DNA from: an uncultured Bacteroidales bacterium
Lineage (GTDB): Bacteria; Bacteroidota; Bacteroidia; Bacteroidales; JAADJA01
Direction of reading: 5' to 3'
Length of the DNA: 40,708 nt
Assembly: GCA_964421215.1 (NCBI GenBank)
Contig: CAYQWA010000041.1
Coordinates: forward strand, 1-40,708
Made by a program: the position numbers and the translations under genes. Positions 17,848 to 27,636 of this stretch are shown here, piece by piece. The number at the start of each line of letters is the position of its first letter. Positions within the stretch are counted from its first letter, which is position 1. Below the pieces are notes generated by a model. It did not search any database and was not told the DNA's origin. It saw only the letters and a program-made list of their open reading frames with translations.

Positions 17848-19512
17848 ATGAATACATTATTTGTCATTATTGCCTTTGTGGTCATTGTTTTTATAATGAT
17901 CATGGCATTATTTTCCAGGTACAAACGCTGTCCCTCTGATAAAATCCTTGTCATATACGGTAAAACTGGAAAAAGTAAAGATGGAACATCCAGATCGTCA
18001 AGAACGATACATGGTGGTGCAGCATTTATCTGGCCTGTAATCCAGAATTATGCTTTTCTGGACCTGACACCGATATCCATTGAAGTAAACCTTACCAATG
18101 CGCTTAGCCGGCAGAACATCAGGGTTGATGTTCCTTCACGATTTACTGTAGGTATCTCAACGGATGTCGGAGTAATGACCAATGCAGCAGAAAGGCTCCT
18201 TGGCTTAGAACTCGCACATATCCAGGAGCTGGCAAAAGACATTATTTTCGGACAGTTAAGGCTTGTTATCGCTACCATGGAAATTGAGGAGATCAATACT
18301 GACAGGGATAAATTTCTTGCCAATGTATCACAAAACGTGGAGGCGGAACTTCAGAAAATTGGATTGCGTCTTATCAACGTTAACGTTACCGATATCCGGG
18401 ATGAATCAGGATACATCGAGGCATTAGGTAAAGAGGCGGCTGCGAAAGCTATTAACGATGCAAAGAAAAGTGTGGCGGAAAAGAACAGGGATGGAGCCAT
18501 TGGTGAAGCAGCTGCTGTTAAAGACGAACGCGTTCAGGTAGCCAGTGCCGTTGCTGATGCAAAAATTGGTGAAGCAACTGCAAATCAAAAAGAACGGATA
18601 CAGGTTGCCGATGCCGTAGCCATGGCCAAAATTGGTGAAGCGGAAGCCAATAAAAAGGAAAGAATTAAAATGGCAGATGCAGATGCCAATGCCAAGGTTG
18701 GAGAAGCAGATGCCGACCGTTTGGAAAGGGTGAAAACATCAGAGGCCAATGCAACTGCTGTAGAAGGAGAAAACCTGGCAAAAATTGATATCGCTAACTC
18801 CGATGCAAACAGAAGGGAAAAGGAAGCTGAAGCAAGAAGGCTTGCTATAGCAGCTGAAAAGGTAAAAGAAGCCGCTGCAATGCAAGAAGGGTATATCGCT
18901 CAACAAAAAGCCGAACTTGAAAGAGCCGAAAAAGAACGTGCGTCACAAAAAGCAGATATTGTTGTACCTGCTGAAATCGATAAACAAAAGATTGAAATTG
19001 ATGCTGAAGCTGAAGCAGAACAAATCAGAAGAATTGCTGCTGGTGAAGCAGATGCCATACTGGTTAAAAAACAGGCTGAAGCGAAAGGTATCATGGAAGT
19101 GCTTACCAAACAGGCGCTTGGTTTTGAAAAACTGGTAGACTCTGCCAACAAAAATGCACGAGATGCAGCCATGCTGATGATCGCCGATAAGTTACCAGAA
19201 CTTGTAAGGACACAGGTTGAGGCCATTAAAAATCTTAAGATAGATAAGATCACTGTCTGGGATTCAATGGGTAATAGTGGTGATAGTACACCAACATCGG
19301 CAAACTTCCTTTCAGGAATGCTTAAATCCATTCCTCCCTTTGATGAGATATTTAAAATGGCAGGCCTTGAATTGCCTGAGTATTTAAAGGGTGTAAAAAA
19401 GGATGATAAAACTGAGGATGCTGTTGCTGAAGAGGTGAAAACTGAAACACCAAAGCAGGAGACAAAAAAACCGGAAGAAGACAATCCGGAAAGCACTGAA
19501 GAACAGAGTTAA
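17848..19512 (+). CDS. Flotillin-like SPFH/Band-7 domain protein (YqiK/FloT-like).
   Basis: N-terminal TM helix, an SPFH domain, then a long Ala/Glu-rich coiled coil with 20-aa repeats (..AKIGEATANQKERIQVADAVAMAKIGEAEANKKER..). At 554 aa it matches YqiK. Confidence 0.8.
   Translation: MNTLFVIIAFVVIVFIMIMALFSRYKRCPSDKILVIYGKTGKSKDGTSRSSRTIHGGAAFIWPVIQNYAFLDLTPISIEVNLTNALSRQNIRVDVPSRFTVGISTDVGVMTNAAERLLGLELAHIQELAKDIIFGQLRLVIATMEIEEINTDRDKFLANVSQNVEAELQKIGLRLINVNVTDIRDESGYIEALGKEAAAKAINDAKKSVAEKNRDGAIGEAAAVKDERVQVASAVADAKIGEATANQKERIQVADAVAMAKIGEAEANKKERIKMADADANAKVGEADADRLERVKTSEANATAVEGENLAKIDIANSDANRREKEAEARRLAIAAEKVKEAAAMQEGYIAQQKAELERAEKERASQKADIVVPAEIDKQKIEIDAEAEAEQIRRIAAGEADAILVKKQAEAKGIMEVLTKQALGFEKLVDSANKNARDAAMLMIADKLPELVRTQVEAIKNLKIDKITVWDSMGNSGDSTPTSANFLSGMLKSIPPFDEIFKMAGLELPEYLKGVKKDDKTEDAVAEEVKTETPKQETKKPEEDNPESTEEQS
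18523..18780 (+). repeat. In-frame 60-nt tandem repeats (about 4 units) encoding the flotillin EA-rich coiled coil.
   Basis: The periodicity is visible in both the DNA and the protein (VQVASAVADAKIGEATANQKER / IQVADAVAMAKIGEAEANKKER / IKMADADANAKVGEADADRLER). Confidence 0.5.
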
Positions 19513-19566
19513 TTAAAAATTCTATACTATTGAGAGACGGTATTATAAGTCGATTAGAAAAAAATG

Positions 19567-19652
19567 CCACTAAAACACAAATACACTAAATAACATTAAA
19601 GTACAAAACCGACAAATTGTTTTGTGAAGTTTTGTGCTTTAGTGTTTTTGTG
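19567..19652 (+). other. Nested inverted-repeat (double hairpin) element between the flotillin gene and yjbQ.
   Basis: Outer arms CCACTAAAACAC..ACACTAAA (left) and TTTAGTGTTTTTGTGG (right). An inner hairpin CAAAAC-cgacaaatt-GTTTTG at 19607-19627. Confidence 0.35.
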
Positions 19653-19687
19653 GCAAAATTTGAAACTATGATACGATCTCTTTTTTT

Positions 19688-20098
19688 ATGCAAAAATATA
19701 TTCGAATATCAACAAGTAGCCATAACGGTCTTTATGACATAACTGCAGAAGTCCAGGGTATTGTAAGTGATTGTGGAGTAAAAACAGGAATGGTAAATGT
19801 GTATGCCCAGGGCGCTACAGCAGCCATTATGATCCAGGAGAATTGGGATGATTCTGTGCAAAGGGATGTAGTTAGTCTTTTGAACAAACTGATACCCGCA
19901 GGAGTCTGGGAACATGACCAGCAAGATGGGAACGGAGATGCTCACCTGAAAGCAGGAATAGTCGGACCCAGTGAAACCATTCCCATTATCAACGGCAAGA
20001 TGGGACTGTCCACATGGCAAAATATTTTCTTCTGTGAGTTTGACGGGCCGAGGAGTGAAAGAAGAATTGTGGTCACTATTTCAAGCTCTGATGAATAG
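19688..20098 (+). CDS. yjbQ: YjbQ/UPF0047 family protein (secondary thiamine-phosphate synthase enzyme).
   Basis: Family motifs ..IMIQENWDDSVQRDV.., ..GDAHLKAGIVGPSETIPIINGKMGLSTWQNIFFCEFDGPRSERRIVVTI.., and a ~136-aa size. Confidence 0.8.
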   Translation: MQKYIRISTSSHNGLYDITAEVQGIVSDCGVKTGMVNVYAQGATAAIMIQENWDDSVQRDVVSLLNKLIPAGVWEHDQQDGNGDAHLKAGIVGPSETIPIINGKMGLSTWQNIFFCEFDGPRSERRIVVTISSSDE

Positions 20099-20270
20099 CA
20101 ATATTAATTTCTAATTTCTAATTGAACTAATTTCTAATTGACCTAAATAAATCCCAATGTTAAAAACCAAATCAAAATGAGATGTCAATTCAGCTATTGG
20201 TATTTTATAATTGTTAATTTGGGATTTCTTTAGAAATTAAACTTTAGAAATTAGGTCAATTTAGTCTCAC
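20099..20270. repeat. AT-rich palindromic intergenic repeat element (locus C), related to locus B.
   Basis: CTAATTGACCTAA (20133-20145) is the rc of TTAGGTCAATTAG in locus B. AAATCCCAA (20148-20156) and TTGGGATTT (20218-20226) are exact inverted repeats. TTTAGAAATTAGGTCAATTTAG lies at the right end. It sits between convergent genes. Confidence 0.55.
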
Positions 20271-20309
20271 TTTTATGACCATCAACTTTTAAACAAATAA
20301 CTTATTATC

Positions 20310-20750
20310 CTATTTAAAGTAATCCTTCATTTTATCCATGGGTACTCGTTTCTCAAAAGAAAACCGCTTGGTGTAAAAGTTATAAAGGAAGATTATTCCG
20401 GTAACTAAGATCTTGGCCACAAGGTCATAGGATTTGAAAAATTCAATGTAATGAATAAAAAAGTTAAACAATGACTGGCTAAGCATCCACCCAATAAGTG
20501 AAAAGATAACCGACAGTGTGAATACATATCCAAGTTTCCGCTTGGTGATAAAAATGTATCGCTTTTGTAGAATAAAATTCAGGATCATTCCACAGGTGTA
20601 GGAGATTCCATGGGCAACAGTTTCACTCGTTACAAGGAAGTAAGTTAAACTGATATAGATCGCGTAGTCAACTGCAGTGGCTATGCCGGATGTGATCGCA
20701 AATTTTAATTTGGGAATAAAGAAATCCTTTAAAAATGCCTTGAAATCCAT
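20310..20750 (-). CDS. GtrA family membrane protein (polysaccharide/bactoprenol-sugar translocation).
   Basis: 146 aa with 4 TM helices. GtrA-like N-terminus (FAITSGIATAVDYAIY). Divergent from a GT2 gene. Confidence 0.65.
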   Translation of the reverse strand: MDFKAFLKDFFIPKLKFAITSGIATAVDYAIYISLTYFLVTSETVAHGISYTCGMILNFILQKRYIFITKRKLGYVFTLSVIFSLIGWMLSQSLFNFFIHYIEFFKSYDLVAKILVTGIIFLYNFYTKRFSFEKRVPMDKMKDYFK

Positions 20751-20863
20751 CCGCAGAGCCGTTTAATTTATATTGATTTTCAAGGTAATGAGTCTACCAG
20801 GAAAAGATGAGCAAATGTAAAAAAATAATGTATATCACCATAGACGATAAAATAGAATAATAT

Positions 20864-20871
20864 TACTTTTG
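20864..20871 (+). promoter_or_regulatory. Bacteroidota-type -7 promoter element TACTTTTG.
   Basis: Matches the TAnnTTTG consensus, 21 nt upstream of the ATG at 20892. Confidence 0.35.
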
Positions 20872-20891
20872 CGCTCTTTACAGCTAGTGAT

Positions 20892-21632
20892 ATGATTAAT
20901 GGTAAGAAAATAGTTGTCGTACTTCCGGCTTATAATGCGGAAGCCACCCTTGAACAAACTTATAACGAGATTCCTTTTGATATCGTGGATGATGTTGTGC
21001 TTGTAGATGATGCCAGCCTGGATAATACTTATGGCAAGGCCAGTGACCTGGGTATACATCATGTGATCCGTCACGACAACAACAGGGGCTACGGAGGAAA
21101 TCAGAAATCATGTTACGATAAATCTTTGGACCTGGATGCTGACATAGTTATCATGCTTCATCCTGATTATCAGTATACTCCTAAGCTAATTCATTCCATG
21201 GCCTACCTGATCGCGAATGACGTCTATCATGTAGTTCTTGGTTCCAGGATCCTTGGGAAAGGTGCGTTAATGGGAGGGATGCCCGTTTACAAATACATTG
21301 CCAACCGTTTGCTTACATTGTTTCAAAATATTCTGATCAATCAAAAACTTTCGGAATATCATACAGGCTACAGGGCGTTTTCAGGAAAAGTTCTTAAAGC
21401 GATCAATTACAATAAGAATTCCGACGATTTTGTATTTGATAACCAAATGCTGGCCCAGATCTTTTATGCAGGTTTTGAAATTGCGGAAATTACCTGTCCT
21501 ACCAAATATTTCCCTGAAGCTTCCTCCATCAATTTCAGGAGAAGTGCCAAATACGGATTGGGTGTTATGGGAACATCCATACGGTATTTCCTGGCGAAAG
21601 TTGGGATTTACAAGTCAAAATTATTCAGGTAG
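20892..21632 (+). CDS. Family 2 glycosyltransferase (GtrB/DPM1-like polyprenyl-phosphate sugar transferase).
   Basis: GT-A fold motifs ..IVVVLPAYNAEATL.., ..VVLVDDASLDNT.., and a DxD-like ..HPDYQ.. motif. Divergent from the GtrA gene. Confidence 0.75.
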   Translation: MINGKKIVVVLPAYNAEATLEQTYNEIPFDIVDDVVLVDDASLDNTYGKASDLGIHHVIRHDNNRGYGGNQKSCYDKSLDLDADIVIMLHPDYQYTPKLIHSMAYLIANDVYHVVLGSRILGKGALMGGMPVYKYIANRLLTLFQNILINQKLSEYHTGYRAFSGKVLKAINYNKNSDDFVFDNQMLAQIFYAGFEIAEITCPTKYFPEASSINFRRSAKYGLGVMGTSIRYFLAKVGIYKSKLFR

Positions 21633-21679
21633 GGTTTTTATTCGTTGTGATTCCAAATTACAACGAAGTTCTATGGGAT

Positions 21680-24496
21680 TTATAAATTGTATGTAGCCAA
21701 TGCCTCTCTGGCTCTTTTTGCAGGTTTGAAGTTCACATCGGCATCCTTCCAAATTTCATTTGCCAGTTTTAAATGCATAAGTGCTTTGTCGATATTTCCT
21801 GATTCTTTAAACAGTAAATATGCTTCAAAATGAGCTTTTGGACTAAATGGGTAGTAATTCAGTGCGGCTTCCAGATTTTTTTTAGCTTTTCTGAGATTTC
21901 CTGCCTTACGTTCACACCTTGCCAGATTTCGGTAGGTTTGTTTTCCCGAAGGTGTTTTTTCCAGAAACAAGTTGAATTGTTCAACCGCTGTTTCATAATC
22001 TTTTTTGAATTCAGCAATAAAACCTTCCACATAGCATATATTGCTTAACAACATTTCTTCTCCAAATCCAATGGCCAGTTCACGGGCATCACTGATAAAT
22101 GGTTCCGCCATTTCAGCGCTGTCCACAAATATATAATAGAACATATATCCGTAAGCCGCGGCCTTATCCACCGGAGGTTCAAGCAATTTTTCGTTTATTT
22201 GAATTACTTCAAATGCTGTCTTTTCATTTCCTGCAATAATGTATTTGTTAACGTTGAACATCTTGATCACTGCAATATTCAGAGGGTTATAAATTTTTGA
22301 AGCACCGTCAAGATATTTTAAATAGTATTGAAGGGATAAGGTGGCTTTACCCAGGAATTCATAATAATCAGATAAAGCATTAAGTACTGAAATGCTATCC
22401 TGTATGGTGGGGCATTGACTCAGTAAGTTATGATGTTGCTGTTCAAGCTGATCAAAAATCCCGAGACGCTGGTCTATCGTAAGCCGGGTAAGTGCCAGAG
22501 AAATATCCCGTGGCTCCAGGATCAACGCTTTATCAATGTTTTCCAATGCTTTATCAAACACAGCCATTTCCAGGTATAGTTCCGATAAACAACTGTATCC
22601 TTTGTAATCATCGGGGTGAATCCTAACGTACTGATCATAAGAAATCATTGCAGAATCTGTAATTCCCAAAGCTGTATATAGATCTCCTATATACCTGATG
22701 TATTTACTTTGATCAGGATCAAGCTGTAGAATGGCTTCATATTCTTTAATTGACGCTCTGAACATGTTTTTATACTGGTACCTTGTGGCAAGCATATCAT
22801 GCGCTTCAATATCTTCGTGGAATAATTCGGTCCACATCTTCAGAACTGCGATGGCTTTATCTGATTCCTGTTTTAATGTATAGTAGAAGAATTTTGTAAT
22901 GAATTGCATCCTTTCAGGTAGATTATAGATGATTTTCATAACTTCATTTACTTCAGCTTCTGCTTTGGAAAAATTATTGTTGTTAAAATAATAGTCCATG
23001 AGCTTTACACGTGCAAGAGCAAAATTTGGATCCTCATGCAAGGCTGATTCAATATGGGCTATAGCTTTATCCCAGTTTTTGTGTAAAAGGACTTGCATAT
23101 TCCCTTTAGTGTACTGCTCCAGGGCTTTAAATGACTTGGTATAGATCTCCTCAACTGGGAGGTTTTTTGAGTTTTCAATCTGGAAGGGAGGAATTTTTAT
23201 ATCAATTACCAATTGCTCTGTAATTTGATCGATCAGTGATAAAACATTATCCCCTTTTGTGTCAAATGTAGAAACCAGACTTGCATTTTTAGTCTTATAA
23301 ACTTCTGTTTTAAAGACATAAGTTCCATCGTCAAAAGTAAATGTGCCTGTGATAAAATAATTCATGCTGTAGTACTTTGCAATTGAGTGAAGGAGAAGAA
23401 ACGGGGCATCGATACAATGGTCATAGCCGGCCTCTCTGAATTTTTTAGCAAAATCCCTGGCTGAATTGGTTTGTATAAAGGTGTTTTGTGACAGGTCATG
23501 TTGGATCATCGAAGGTATAGCATATTGCAGCCAGTTAAGTTCAGAATTCGTGCTCGAATTATTAAAGAAAAACAATGCGATCTTTTTCCTGAATTCACTT
23601 TTAACAACCGTTCGTTCAATACTCTCTCCATCTTCGCTCTCAAGGTAAATTTTGTGAGTTGTGGCTCCAAGGTCCTTGTCGTTGAATAAGATAATAACAA
23701 GTAGAACAGATAAGAACGCATTGGCTGGTAATCCAAACAACTCAACTTTCGTCCATCTACTTGAGCTCTTTTTTCCATGGAAATAAGAGAGAAGAATTAC
23801 AGCAGGAATAAGTGATAACAATATTGCCCAGGCAAGATCAGCAATATGAGGGGAAAGCATGTTGTTAAAAACAATGGCAGCTACAGCCAGTTTAATGACC
23901 CATGCACTTAATATGTATAAAAGAAGGATTTGAATAACCCTTCGGTTCCATAGATCTTTGAATATAAATCCGATGGACCGGGAACGTTTTTTAGTAATCC
24001 CTTCAATAAACACTTCGAACACTTCCATATAATCCGACATCCCCTTTAACTCTTTCTCACCGAGGGATTGGGTAGTAATATCAGATTTATTAAGGAGCTG
24101 AGCCTTTACATCAGCAGAAACACAAATCCCATTAGGCGGGGCAAGAGGTTCGATGCGGGCTGCAATATTTACTGCGGATCCAAAAACATCTCCCTCTTCG
24201 AAGATAACTTCTCCGATATGAATACCAGCCCGGATGGTTAATTCTTCATCTTTTAAACGGGTTTGAACGTTAATGGCAAAACGAACTGCCTGGAGGGCAC
24301 TGTCAAACATCATCATAAGTCCGTCACCAATTTCTTTAATTACTTCACCACCATAAGATTTAACCAATGGGAAAATAATATCACGCTGGGTTTGCAGCAA
24401 CTGCATGGTTCCCTGTTCGTTTTCTTCCATACGTTTAGTATACCCAACAATGTCGGTGAAAACGATGGCTGCCAGTTTATGCGATTTATCTGACAT
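21680..24496 (-). CDS. Class III adenylate/guanylate cyclase domain - ~3 TM - TPR repeat protein (paralog B, 938 aa).
   Basis: N-terminal CHD motifs: AAIVFTDIVGYTK (metal Asp), GGEVIKEIGDGLMMMF (second Asp), RAGIHIGEVIF..GDVFGSAVNIAARIE. Then three hydrophobic helices. The C-terminal ~550 aa are TPR-like (..ALENIDKALILEPRD.., ..AEPFISDARELAIGFGEEMLL..). Confidence 0.8.
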   Translation of the reverse strand: MSDKSHKLAAIVFTDIVGYTKRMEENEQGTMQLLQTQRDIIFPLVKSYGGEVIKEIGDGLMMMFDSALQAVRFAINVQTRLKDEELTIRAGIHIGEVIFEEGDVFGSAVNIAARIEPLAPPNGICVSADVKAQLLNKSDITTQSLGEKELKGMSDYMEVFEVFIEGITKKRSRSIGFIFKDLWNRRVIQILLLYILSAWVIKLAVAAIVFNNMLSPHIADLAWAILLSLIPAVILLSYFHGKKSSSRWTKVELFGLPANAFLSVLLVIILFNDKDLGATTHKIYLESEDGESIERTVVKSEFRKKIALFFFNNSSTNSELNWLQYAIPSMIQHDLSQNTFIQTNSARDFAKKFREAGYDHCIDAPFLLLHSIAKYYSMNYFITGTFTFDDGTYVFKTEVYKTKNASLVSTFDTKGDNVLSLIDQITEQLVIDIKIPPFQIENSKNLPVEEIYTKSFKALEQYTKGNMQVLLHKNWDKAIAHIESALHEDPNFALARVKLMDYYFNNNNFSKAEAEVNEVMKIIYNLPERMQFITKFFYYTLKQESDKAIAVLKMWTELFHEDIEAHDMLATRYQYKNMFRASIKEYEAILQLDPDQSKYIRYIGDLYTALGITDSAMISYDQYVRIHPDDYKGYSCLSELYLEMAVFDKALENIDKALILEPRDISLALTRLTIDQRLGIFDQLEQQHHNLLSQCPTIQDSISVLNALSDYYEFLGKATLSLQYYLKYLDGASKIYNPLNIAVIKMFNVNKYIIAGNEKTAFEVIQINEKLLEPPVDKAAAYGYMFYYIFVDSAEMAEPFISDARELAIGFGEEMLLSNICYVEGFIAEFKKDYETAVEQFNLFLEKTPSGKQTYRNLARCERKAGNLRKAKKNLEAALNYYPFSPKAHFEAYLLFKESGNIDKALMHLKLANEIWKDADVNFKPAKRAREALATYNL

Positions 24497-24653
24497 GCAT
24501 TTATTGTATCAGGAAAAGGTTATATACAACCCAAATCTACAAAAAAAGCTTAAGGGATGCAAGCAGGCTTAGAGGAAATGATTAACAATTATACGGCAAT
24601 AATAAATAAAGCAAGATAAATAAAGACTAGTATTAGAAAGTTAAGAAGTCTTT

Positions 24654-27476
24654 TTAGACTTCGCCCAGTTCTGCCAATTTCTCTTTCACATCTTCAGCGG
24701 GTTCATATCCTGGATCTGCATCTGTCCAGATATCATTGGCAATTTGCAAATATTCCCGGGCCTTCTTCTCTTCTCCTGATTCAAGGTAGAGCAGTCCGGT
24801 CTCATAGTTGTTTTTAGGATTAAAGGGATCCAGGTCAAGCGGAATCCGGATATGTTCTTCGGCATCCTTAAATTCTCCGAGTTTTCTGTAGCACCTGGCA
24901 ATCCATCGGTGCGTATCCATGTTTGAAGGTTGCATATCAAGAAATTGTTGATAGTAGGTGATGGCTTCGCTGTAATTCTCTGTTATTTCATTGATTCTGC
25001 CATTGGCATAATGGATATTGGCCAGCAATAGATCTTCTCCAAACCCCTCGATCAATGCTTCTGCCTGTTCAATCTCCTGCATTGCTTTTTCAGTATCTTT
25101 TAATTCAATGTATGCAAACAGGTAGCCAAAGGAAGCAATTTTATCAAGAGGAGATTCGAATTTGTTTTCCATGTCCTCCAGTATTTTAAACGCTCTGTCT
25201 TCCTGCCCGGCCACAATATAGTATCCAATCGTAAAGGCTTGATATACAAGGATGTCTTTGGGGGATTTAAACCTGTTCCACAAATTCATTCTTTTTTCGT
25301 GGTAATCGAGTGCTGTCCGGTTCTGTCCTTTCAATCCATAGAATTGGTGCAATGCATGGAAAACGCTGGAACTGTCTTCAGCAGTTTTGCTTGACGCCAG
25401 AATATTATTAAATTCTATCAGGGCATCTTCAAAATCACCTCGTAAAACTTTTATTCTGGCCAGCCTTATCATGATGGATACTTTACTGGATTCTATCAGC
25501 AAAGCTCTGTCGTAATTTTGCTCAGCTTTATCAAAATCACCCAGCCGAATATATAAATCTCCAATTTCACGGAAGGATTTGAAATCACTGGGAAACTTAT
25601 CAGCATAGAGTTTGTAATAAATAAGAGCAGAATCATAATTGCCGGCCTTTTCATAAAGATCTCCTATGCTTCTTAGGTAATTATATTCTTCCGGATCCAG
25701 CTCAAGAATTTTCTTGTACTGTACAATGGCTTCAGCCGATTGACCTTTGTTGATGTATCTTCCTGCGAGCATTGTTCTTCCTTCTGTATCTTCCGGGTAA
25801 AGTTCCACCCACATTTTAACGACGGCATCCGCTTTATCAGGTTCCTGTTTGACCAGGTAGTAAAAGAATTTTACAAAAAACTGGACGGTTTCAGGTAATT
25901 TGTCCAGGTTTTTTTTATCCATGGCCAGCTCCAGGGTTTCCATGGATTTTTCCGCTTGATTTGAACTGAAATAGAAGTTAGCCAGGGAGAGGTATGCAAT
26001 TGCAAAGCCAGGATCTTCTTCAACGGCCTGGTTTAAATATTCAATTCCTTTAACATAGTCGTTTCTTAAAATTTCGCGATTGGCAAAGGCATACAAACGT
26101 AACGCTATTTCTGAACCGGTAAATATATCAGCAATGGGCAGGTCTCTTGTTTCATCGATATGATATCCCGGTATTTCAACATCGTCTTTAACCTGAATAG
26201 AAATTTCATCGATGAGCTTAAAGATATCTTCTCCAGTAAAATTATTTTCTATCAGCAGTTTAGTTGTTTTTGTATCGTAGAGCTTTGTATTTATTGAATA
26301 TACACCGCCTTCAATGGAAAAATCTCCGCTGAGAAAATAATTCAGATGGTAATATTCTGACAAATTGCTCATTAACGACACTGGTAAACCGATTCCATCT
26401 TCATAACCAGCTTCTTCAAGCTTTTTAAAAAATCGCACCGCCGATTGTGAATTGATATAAATGTCCTGAGATAAATCATATTCAATCATGGTAGGGATGG
26501 AATATTGCAACCAGTCCCAGGTTGAATCACCTGAAATGTTTGTTATGTTAAACAGTGCTAAACTTTTCCTGAATTCACTTTTAACTATGGTTCGTTCAAT
26601 CCGGTCTCCATCTTCATTTTCTACGGTTACACTTTGAGCTGTAGCTCCCAGGCTTTTTCCCTGGAACATTAAAACTACCAACAGTAGGGTCATTGCCGCA
26701 TTGGCAGGTAATCCGAAAAGCTCAACTTTTGTCCATCCTTCCTGTCTGCGTTTGTTATGATAATAAGATAGAAGAAAGACTGCGGGCAACAAAGAAAGCA
26801 AAACTACCCAAGCGAGGTCAACCAGATGGGGTGATAAAAGGTATTCTGAAGATATGGCAGCTACAGCCTGTTTGATGATCCATGCACTTATCAGATAACC
26901 AATAATTACATGAACAACTTTCCGTTTCCAAATATCATTAAAGAACCATTTAGCATCTTTTTTCTGCTGGCCGGAGATACCTTCCACGTATACTTCGAAA
27001 ATTTCTACAGGTTGACTGACTCCTTTTAATTCACGCTTGCCTAGCGAAATGGTGGTTATATCAGATTTGTTCCTTAGCTGGCTTTTTACATCTTCCGAAA
27101 TACAAATACCATTGGCGGGTGCCATGGGCTCAATTCTCGCAGCTGTATTTACTGCTGATCCAAAGACATCTCCATCTTCAAAAATTACATCACCAATATG
27201 GATTCCGGCACGGATCGTTAACTCTTCATCCTTTAGCCGGGTTTGTACACTAATTGCAAATCGGACTGCCTGTACAGCACTGGTGAACATCATTAATAAA
27301 CCGTCACCCAATTCTTTAATCACCTCTCCACCATACGACTCAACCATTGGAAATACGATTTCTCGTTGTTGCTGAAGCAGCTGCATGGTTTTCTGCTCAT
27401 TCTCTTCCATACGCTTTGTATAACCAACGATGTCGGTAAATACAATGGCTGCTAATTTGTGCTTTTTATCAGGCAT
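24654..27476 (-). CDS. Class III adenylate/guanylate cyclase domain - ~3 TM - TPR repeat protein (paralog A, 940 aa).
   Basis: Same architecture as 21680-24496. The cyclase domains are about 80% identical (MPDKKHKLAAIVFTDIVGYTKRMEENEQKTMQLLQ..) and the C-terminal regions are more diverged. This is a tandem duplication. Confidence 0.8.
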   Translation of the reverse strand: MPDKKHKLAAIVFTDIVGYTKRMEENEQKTMQLLQQQREIVFPMVESYGGEVIKELGDGLLMMFTSAVQAVRFAISVQTRLKDEELTIRAGIHIGDVIFEDGDVFGSAVNTAARIEPMAPANGICISEDVKSQLRNKSDITTISLGKRELKGVSQPVEIFEVYVEGISGQQKKDAKWFFNDIWKRKVVHVIIGYLISAWIIKQAVAAISSEYLLSPHLVDLAWVVLLSLLPAVFLLSYYHNKRRQEGWTKVELFGLPANAAMTLLLVVLMFQGKSLGATAQSVTVENEDGDRIERTIVKSEFRKSLALFNITNISGDSTWDWLQYSIPTMIEYDLSQDIYINSQSAVRFFKKLEEAGYEDGIGLPVSLMSNLSEYYHLNYFLSGDFSIEGGVYSINTKLYDTKTTKLLIENNFTGEDIFKLIDEISIQVKDDVEIPGYHIDETRDLPIADIFTGSEIALRLYAFANREILRNDYVKGIEYLNQAVEEDPGFAIAYLSLANFYFSSNQAEKSMETLELAMDKKNLDKLPETVQFFVKFFYYLVKQEPDKADAVVKMWVELYPEDTEGRTMLAGRYINKGQSAEAIVQYKKILELDPEEYNYLRSIGDLYEKAGNYDSALIYYKLYADKFPSDFKSFREIGDLYIRLGDFDKAEQNYDRALLIESSKVSIMIRLARIKVLRGDFEDALIEFNNILASSKTAEDSSSVFHALHQFYGLKGQNRTALDYHEKRMNLWNRFKSPKDILVYQAFTIGYYIVAGQEDRAFKILEDMENKFESPLDKIASFGYLFAYIELKDTEKAMQEIEQAEALIEGFGEDLLLANIHYANGRINEITENYSEAITYYQQFLDMQPSNMDTHRWIARCYRKLGEFKDAEEHIRIPLDLDPFNPKNNYETGLLYLESGEEKKAREYLQIANDIWTDADPGYEPAEDVKEKLAELGEV

Positions 27477-27636
27477 CCGGAAAAATATTTAAATAGTATT
27501 GTGGTACTTATTCTTGAATTCCCAAAAATAAATAAATTACTGATCAAAATATAGTAATAAATACAATGATGCTATGAAGCAGGGATCAATTAAAAAATAT
27601 TCAATAATCAATAATCAACAACCATTAACCATATCC

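Noticed and set aside
18900-19496. 198-aa antisense ORF (Ser/Ala-rich) within the flotillin gene.
   Set aside because: It is the reverse-frame read of the EA-repeat coiled-coil region. It has no promoter or start context, and the flotillin frame is clearly the real one.
19520-19690. Possible TPP riboswitch upstream of yjbQ (a 'tattgagagacgg' resemblance to CUGAGA).
   Set aside because: The conserved P2/P3 GGGG..CUGAGA..pyrimidine-sensing architecture is not present. Only a generic nested hairpin is there, which I report separately at lower interest.
24645-24662. Hairpin GAAGTC-TTTTTA-GACTTC at the 3' end of cyclase paralog A, considered as a terminator between the two paralogs.
   Set aside because: The stem overlaps the stop codon, is only 6 bp and AT-rich, and is not followed by a clean U-tract on the coding strand. 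A -7-like box at 24532-24539 suggests paralog B may have its own promoter, but termination here is unproven.
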